Assembly (NCBI GenBank): GCA_030614005.1
Contig: JAUWKS010000019.1
Location: 1-32,000 of the forward strand
Source: Candidatus Heimdallarchaeota archaeon
Lineage (GTDB): Archaea > Asgardarchaeota > Heimdallarchaeia > JABLTI01
Direction: 5' to 3'
DNA length: 32,000 nt
The notes below the pieces were generated by a model. The model was not told where the DNA came from and did not search any database. It was given only the letters and a program-made list of their open reading frames with translations. Position numbers and translations under genes: made by a program. Every line of letters starts with the position of its first letter. The first letter of the stretch is position 1. Positions 26,565-32,000 of this stretch are shown here, piece after piece.

Positions 26565-27431
26565 ATGAGCAAAACATTTAGAAGAATAGCTTATCTTCGT
26601 GTCGGAAGATTAGTAGAACCACTATTACCTCGTTTTGAAAATCTTGGAAAATCATTAAGAAAAGCTGATATGGGCGTAAGTTTGCGAATGTATCTCGCAT
26701 CTGCTGTAACGATTACATTTATCGCAGCTTTAGTTGGTTTCCCTATAGCTGTTGGTATTGTCTATTTGTTCGCAAGCCAATTTATTTGGTGGGTATCAAT
26801 TTTATTAGGGATTTTGATTCCATTGACAACTTTAACTGGATTCTATATCTATCCTAATTATATCGCAGGCAACCGAAAAAGAGCACTCGAGTCTTCCCTT
26901 CCTACGGCATCTTCATTTATCGCTGCAATGGCTTCTGCAGGAGTTGCTCCTGATAAAGCATTCTTAGCATTGGCTAATGAAAATATTAAACTTGAAATAG
27001 CTAAAGAAGCAGAAAAAATCACTCGAAATATTGAAATCCTTGGGTTTGATTTACTTAGTGCACTAGAATTAGCAGCAGAAAATTCACCTTCAAGAGTATA
27101 TTCAAGTTTCTTAGAAGGATTAGTTTCAGTCGTTATCAGTGGTGGAGATTTAACTAGCTATCTCACTAATGAAACGAAAATGTTAATGCGCGAAAAGGTT
27201 AGAGAAGAAAAAGAATTTATTGAAAGTTTAGGAGTTGTTGCTGAATTATTCTTAGTTATTGGAGTTGTAACTCCTATCTTCTTTGTAATTATGCTCGCAG
27301 TTCTAGCAATTATGAGCTCTGAATCTGGAGCACAAGGAACAATCCTAATGGCTTTGCTTACTTATGTTTTAATTCCAATTGGAATGACAGTTATTATTGT
27401 CTTAATAGATGGTATGCAACCAACAGATTGA
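26565..27431 (+). CDS. Type II secretion system F-family membrane platform (TadC-like)
   Basis: L.KSLRKA.M, two N-terminal TMs, LESSLP.A..F.AAMA.AG, G.DLLSAL, SGGDLTSYL, C-terminal TMs. Confidence 0.9.
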   Translation: MSKTFRRIAYLRVGRLVEPLLPRFENLGKSLRKADMGVSLRMYLASAVTITFIAALVGFPIAVGIVYLFASQFIWWVSILLGILIPLTTLTGFYIYPNYIAGNRKRALESSLPTASSFIAAMASAGVAPDKAFLALANENIKLEIAKEAEKITRNIEILGFDLLSALELAAENSPSRVYSSFLEGLVSVVISGGDLTSYLTNETKMLMREKVREEKEFIESLGVVAELFLVIGVVTPIFFVIMLAVLAIMSSESGAQGTILMALLTYVLIPIGMTVIIVLIDGMQPTD

Positions 27432-27450
27432 TCTAAAAATAGAATACTAA

Positions 27451-27478
27451 ATGGTAGCTTTAACTAACCAACTACCAT
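27451..27478. terminator. Inverted repeat between convergent genes
   Basis: ATGGTAG-N14-CTACCAT followed by TCTTTTTATTTT. Confidence 0.4.
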
Positions 27479-27508
27479 CCTCTTTTTATTTTCCATTGAA
27501 TATAAAAC

Positions 27509-27889
27509 TCATAATCTTGCTATGAATTTTTCTTTATTGACAATATGTCTTTCGTGTGTTCCTTCCCCGATTTTATTTTCTCCTTCAAAAGCTTCAACAT
27601 CATAAATCAGATGCTTATTCTCGAAGGATGTTAATTTAGCTTTGACGGAAACTTCAACACCTTGTTTCGATGCTCGTAAATGAGAAATACATACTTTTGT
27701 ACCGACAGTTATCCAACCATCTGGTAAATGCTCCTGCGCATGGTTCATTGCTGTATGTTCCATCATTAATATCATTGAAGGAGTTGAGAGAACAGCTACC
27801 TTCCCACTACCAAGCATATCAGCTATGTGTTTTTCTTCTACGGTAAATTTCTCGACGTGAGTTGTATCAACAGGTAAATCAAATTCCAT
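27509..27889 (-). CDS. Hot-dog-fold thioesterase (fluoroacetyl-CoA thioesterase FlK-like)
   Basis: GSG.V.VLSTP.MI..ME, TVGT.V.I.HL, IGEGTHER.IV. ATG 27889 follows GGTGA. Confidence 0.9.
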   Translation of the reverse strand: MEFDLPVDTTHVEKFTVEEKHIADMLGSGKVAVLSTPSMILMMEHTAMNHAQEHLPDGWITVGTKVCISHLRASKQGVEVSVKAKLTSFENKHLIYDVEAFEGENKIGEGTHERHIVNKEKFIARL

Positions 27890-27995
27890 ATTTTTCACCA
27901 ATGTAAATCAAATTGCTTCATATTAAAAATTTAACAAAAGTTGTTAAAAGGAATACTACAAATATCTAGAAAAGAGTAAAACTAAGGAGAGAAAA

Positions 27996-28265
27996 TTAAG
28001 CTTCAGTTGAAGCTCTGTTTGTCTCGATAATTTGTTTTCTAAAACATTTGGTACAAAGATAACCACCATAGGGTCTATTGGTCTTGGTGTGACTTTTAGT
28101 TGGTTTAGTGTTATCTTTCATTAATCGTTTCTTGGTGCTAGTAATTTGTTTTTTACAAACAGCACATTTTCCTAGACCAGACTTTACAGGTACCTTATGT
28201 CCTACAGAATCTTTTTTGGGTGGTTTTCGCCAAACTTTCTTGGCAAAACGTTCACTTGGTTTCAT
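27996..28265 (-). CDS. rpl34e: 50S ribosomal protein eL34
   Basis: KCAVCKK and TNRPYGGYLCTKCFR. N-terminus divergent. Confidence 0.88.
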   Translation of the reverse strand: MKPSERFAKKVWRKPPKKDSVGHKVPVKSGLGKCAVCKKQITSTKKRLMKDNTKPTKSHTKTNRPYGGYLCTKCFRKQIIETNRASTEA

Positions 28266-28570
28266 TAGCTTCACTATTCCGGCATCTATTTACTGAACCA
28301 TATCGTTCGCTATATCGCGAAATTTATTTATCCTTCTTGAATATTGTGTTTGCAATGAAGATTTAAGTGTTACCTTCTTAATGAAAAGTTCGATTTTATA
28401 TACACTCTATTACTCTTATTGAGTAGGTAAGTATTAATATTACTCTTTTCTATTTCTCTTTCAGAGAATAAAACAAGGCATTTTATCGAATAATAAGAAA
28501 TCTTTTATTAGATTAAATATGCTTTCTTATCCTAAGAAACAATAAAATAGCTACATAGGAGAAAAACACT

Positions 28571-29149
28571 TTGGGTTGGTTAAGTTTCCTTGATCCTATT
28601 GGAGTATGGTTTAGTCACATCTTTGAAGCCATTGGAATATTATATTCTCCAGGATCAACTTATTTCATAATTTTGTTTAATATAGCAATAGCGGTGCTAA
28701 TGAGTCTACTAACAAAGGCACTTGTAGATGTCAAGAAAATCAGTAGACACCAAAAAGAAATCAAAGTTCACAATGAAAATAAGAAGAAAGCAATGGATTC
28801 TGCTGATAAGAAATTATGGCAAAAAGTTCAAAGAAGAGAAGATTATATTAAGAAAATCCAAAGTGAAATGATGATTCAAAATATGAAACCAATGCTAGTT
28901 TGGTTTGTTCCTATTACACTTATTTTCTTCCTGATGAGATCAGCCTTTGTCAATATTCCTATTGCTTGGATGCCTTTTAGATTCCCTGAAATACCTATAA
29001 TTATACAAAATGTAAAGTATCTTGGTAATATAACTTGGATGGGGTTCACTGGTTGGTATTTCCTAACATCTATTGGTTTGGGAAATTTCGTTCGGCGCTT
29101 TATGGGTGCTACTCCAAGTGCACAACGAGCAGCTGCTACTACAACATAA
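28571..29149 (+). CDS. DUF106/EMC3-TMCO1 (Oxa1-superfamily) membrane protein
   Basis: TM1, coiled coil, MKPML, TM2, GWYFLTSI. TTG start after AGGAGA. Confidence 0.9.
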   Translation: MGWLSFLDPIGVWFSHIFEAIGILYSPGSTYFIILFNIAIAVLMSLLTKALVDVKKISRHQKEIKVHNENKKKAMDSADKKLWQKVQRREDYIKKIQSEMMIQNMKPMLVWFVPITLIFFLMRSAFVNIPIAWMPFRFPEIPIIIQNVKYLGNITWMGFTGWYFLTSIGLGNFVRRFMGATPSAQRAAATTT

Positions 29150-29347
29150 AATGAAATTTGTCCACGAATATTGTGGACAAAAAAATTCTTTTTCTTATTT
29201 TAGAGACAAAAACAGCTTTTTTGCTCAATTAAAATGTAGTAAGAGGTTATTTTATTAGATAACTAATTTAAAGGTTAAACGATTTTTTCCATTGATAACG
29301 AAAATCCTTTTTAGAAGAAACATTCTGCAATTAATCTTGAAAGAACA

Positions 29348-30283
29348 ATGACCAAAACATCATTCCTCGGGAAGAGTTTAGTGTCAATTCGGGACCTCAC
29401 TAGAGAGCATATTGATCTAATATTAGATGAAGCCGAAAAGATGGATAAAATTATTGAATCAGGGAAAAAACCTCTTGAAGGCAAAGTAATGGTCTCTCTA
29501 TTTATGGAACCAAGCACAAGAACTCGTTTAAGTTTTGAATCTGCGATGCACCGGTTAGGTGGTGCGGTTATTAGTGTATCTGACCCAAAATCTTCTTCTG
29601 CTGCAAAAGGTGAAAGCCTTTCAGATACAATCCGAACAGTAGCTAATTATGGTGATGTGATTGTAATTCGTCATCCAATGGAAGGATCCGCACGGTTAGC
29701 AGCAGAGTTTTCCAGTGTACCGGTGATTAGCGGTGGTAGTGGTGCAGAAGAACATCCAACACAAGCACTACTTGACCTTCTTACCTTAAAGCGTGAATTA
29801 AAGGAAATAGAAGGAAAAAGAATAGCGTTAGTAGGCGATTTGAAATATGGTCGAACAGTACATTCCCTTGCGTATTCTTTAGCAAAATACAAAGATGTGA
29901 TAATAGATTTTGTATCTCCCCCCTCATTAAAAATTCGGGACGAAATCAAAACTGACCTTGAAGAAGCAGGATTAGAGTTTCATGAAGAAGAAAGTCTAAA
30001 CGAAGTAATCTCGAGAGTAGATGCTATATATATGACAAGAATTCAGAAAGAACGATTTGCTCAAGAAAGTGAATACGCCAAAGTTAAAGATGCTTATGTT
30101 TTAACTAAAAAAATAATGAAAAAAACAAAAGGTCCAATACCTGTTTTACACCCTCTCCCACGATTAAATGAAATCGATTATGATATGGATGAAACTGTTC
30201 ATGCAGTATATTTCAAGCAAACATTCAATGGAGTATTAACAAGAATGGCACTTCTGAATCTAGTACTTGGGGGAAAAGCATAG
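29348..30283 (+). CDS. pyrB: Aspartate carbamoyltransferase catalytic subunit
   Basis: FMEPSTRTRLSF, KGESLSDT, EHPTQALLD, GDLKYGRTVHS, TRIQKER, HPLPR. Confidence 0.98.
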   Translation: MTKTSFLGKSLVSIRDLTREHIDLILDEAEKMDKIIESGKKPLEGKVMVSLFMEPSTRTRLSFESAMHRLGGAVISVSDPKSSSAAKGESLSDTIRTVANYGDVIVIRHPMEGSARLAAEFSSVPVISGGSGAEEHPTQALLDLLTLKRELKEIEGKRIALVGDLKYGRTVHSLAYSLAKYKDVIIDFVSPPSLKIRDEIKTDLEEAGLEFHEEESLNEVISRVDAIYMTRIQKERFAQESEYAKVKDAYVLTKKIMKKTKGPIPVLHPLPRLNEIDYDMDETVHAVYFKQTFNGVLTRMALLNLVLGGKA

Positions 30284-30310
30284 CAATATTATCAAAGGAT
30301 TTGATGAAAT

Positions 30311-30814
30311 ATGAGCGAAAAAACAACTGATAAAAGTGAACTCAAAGTTTCAAAGATTAAAAATGGAACAGTGATTGATCACATAGCTGCGGGAACAGCG
30401 TTACTTGTACTTGAGATGCTGGGGATTACAGGTAGAGAAGGAACAAAGGTAACACTTTCATTAAATGTGCAAAGCAAGAAAAAAACGAAAAAAGATATTG
30501 TGAAAGTTGAGAATAGGATTCTCGATAAAAAAGAAATTAATCAAATTTCACTTATTAGTCCAAGAGCTACAATTAATGAAATAAAAAACTTCACTGTTGT
30601 TAACAAATTCAAAGTAGAGTTACCTGAAGAAGTTCATGGATTTCCAAAATGTATCAATCCAAAATGTATTACAAATGCAAGAGAACCACCAAAACATTCC
30701 TACTTTGTTAAAAGCAGTGACCCATTGAAAATTAGATGTAAATATTGTAACACTAATATGAACAAGCAAGATATTGTTAAAATGTTACTAAAATATCAAG
30801 GGTTAACAAAGTAA
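30311..30814 (+). CDS. pyrI: Aspartate carbamoyltransferase regulatory subunit
   Basis: L.VSKIKNGTVIDHI, KDIVKVE, KCINPKCITN, RCKYC. Confidence 0.97.
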   Translation: MSEKTTDKSELKVSKIKNGTVIDHIAAGTALLVLEMLGITGREGTKVTLSLNVQSKKKTKKDIVKVENRILDKKEINQISLISPRATINEIKNFTVVNKFKVELPEEVHGFPKCINPKCITNAREPPKHSYFVKSSDPLKIRCKYCNTNMNKQDIVKMLLKYQGLTK

Positions 30815-30862
30815 CAAAAATAGCAACGACTAAGCTGTATAAAAGAAATTGAAAATTAGAAT

Positions 30863-30888
30863 GTGAAACTGGAAAGAATTCCAGTCAC
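30863..30888. terminator. Inverted repeat between convergent pyrI and rpl38e
   Basis: GTGA-A-ACTGGAA-AGAA-TTCCAGT-CAC followed by TTTATTATTTTTTT. Confidence 0.5.
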
Positions 30889-30903
30889 TTTATTATTTTT
30901 TTC

Positions 30904-31098
30904 TTAATAATCTACAATTGGTATAGTGATTCTTGCTCGAATTGCTTCGGCCTCATTGACTGGGACCTTAATGGTATAGAGTTTGTGTTTGGTTCTGAAT
31001 TTTAACTTAACTTCGTCACCTACTCTTTTAACTCTACATTCAGTTGCACGAGCAATGATGTCATCTAATTTTGAAATGTCTTTGATTTCCTCGGGCAT
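30904..31098 (-). CDS. rpl38e: 50S ribosomal protein eL38
   Basis: MPEEIKD...RVKR...VKLKFRT.HKLYT matches the eL38 pattern MPxxIxD...KxKxRxxxxLYT. Confidence 0.85.
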   Translation of the reverse strand: MPEEIKDISKLDDIIARATECRVKRVGDEVKLKFRTKHKLYTIKVPVNEAEAIRARITIPIVDY

Positions 31099-31206
31099 TG
31101 GTTTTCACATCATTTGTTTTTTTATTTCTATTTGATTTACAAAATGGACGAGTATTTAAGAGTTTGTTTAAGAAAGAATTTTAGAAATAGTTAAAGCTGT
31201 TGCTTA

Positions 31207-32000
31207 TTACAACAGCTGTTGACCATAACTAATATCTTGCATAACAAGACCAGAAATCATTTTTGGGTAGAAATCAGTTGATTTTTGAGGCATTCGTTCA
31301 TTGTTCTTAGATGCATCAAGTACTTGTGAGGCTTTTGTTGAATTCATAATTACTGCAATAGTTGCTTTGCCATCATCAACTTTTTTCAAAGCATCGTCTA
31401 ACCATCGAATATAGAAGATACTTTCATTTATTTTGAGGTTTTTTGTTTTGAGGATACCATTGAAAATAAGTTCACGAACGATTACAACATCTAATTCTTT
31501 ATAGGAATCTGCATGTTCTTCTTTCAAGAATTTGTCAATAGATTTGGTGTCTTTCAAAACTAAACCATAGGTTTTACCCTCAGTGTAGATAGTGAACGCA
31601 TGCTTTTCATATGAATCCATAAAAGCTTGAATTTTATCCTTTTCAATGGATGAAACTTCAAAATAGTCTTTGATTTCTTTCCAAGCTTCTTCTGAAACTT
31701 TGTATCCATCGAGAACTCTGTGAGTTGGTAAAACAGTTAAACCTTCATCTTGAACTGCAACCAATAAAGTCATTCTGAAATTAACTGCATCATCTTCGGA
31801 CCAATTTGAGCGAGTGTTGCGAATTGTATCGCTATACCCACAAGCAGTTTCATAACGATGATGTCCATCAGCAACAACAATTTGTCCAGGGGGAATTTCA
31901 AAGACTTCTTGAATAATCTTGATTTTATCTGGGTCTTCTAATTTCCAAACTCTATTGCGAACACCCAAACTGTCAATAACATCCATTATCGGTTCTGATG
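31207..32000 (-). CDS. DUF1015 family protein, 5'-partial
   Basis: ADGHHRYETA, LPTHR, MPQKSTDFYPKMISG. The frame stays open past the window edge. Confidence 0.9.
   Translation of the reverse strand, partial: SEPIMDVIDSLGVRNRVWKLEDPDKIKIIQEVFEIPPGQIVVADGHHRYETACGYSDTIRNTRSNWSEDDAVNFRMTLLVAVQDEGLTVLPTHRVLDGYKVSEEAWKEIKDYFEVSSIEKDKIQAFMDSYEKHAFTIYTEGKTYGLVLKDTKSIDKFLKEEHADSYKELDVVIVRELIFNGILKTKNLKINESIFYIRWLDDALKKVDDGKATIAVIMNSTKASQVLDASKNNERMPQKSTDFYPKMISGLVMQDISYGQQLL

Noticed and set aside
24391-27431. Archaellum operon
   Set aside because: No archaellin, FlaH, FlaF/G or full-length FlaJ.
252-29949. Short tracked ORFs overlapping recognised genes (e.g. 252-455, 781-990, 1470-1670, 4904-5251, 8407-8943, 9457-9882, 17976-18389, 24372-24578, 25647-25880, 29671-29949)
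   Set aside because: They are antisense or alternate-frame shadows of well-supported genes, with no motifs or ribosome-binding sites.
1-32000. CRISPR array, transposase, integrase or provirus
   Set aside because: No regularly spaced repeats and no ORF with such motifs were seen.

Overview
AT-rich archaeal chromosomal DNA (roughly one-third GC by eye). Class I LysRS, Taw1, EndA, Trm5, GPN GTPase, eL15, eL34, eL38, DUF106 and Rpp30/Pop5 make the domain certain; eL38 plus a choice-of-anchor-S-like surface protein suggest an Asgard (Heimdallarchaeia-like) host, which is inference only. Most of the window is housekeeping: tRNA maturation, sucCD, pyrBI and ribosomal proteins. It also holds a three-gene Tad/type IV pilus-like locus and a decaying accessory patch at about 11.7-14.4 kb. 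The main signals not shown by the ORF track are: (1) a complete box C/D guide sRNA at 17639-17714 (-), with one guide predicted to direct Gm2251 and the other a helix-89 uridine of 23S rRNA; (2) an archaeal type A RNase P RNA at 11341-11675, lying 4 kb from a single ORF that fuses Rpp30 and Pop5; (3) a tRNA remnant covering positions 27-76 plus CCA; (4) a 402-aa protein that appears to consist of four AAA+-lid-like repeats with no ATPase; (5) a pilin-like protein without a class III leader; (6) frameshifts confined to accessory genes (PRC-barrel, GNAT, surface protein). No CRISPR array, integrase or transposase was seen. All family calls come from motif recognition, not database searches.
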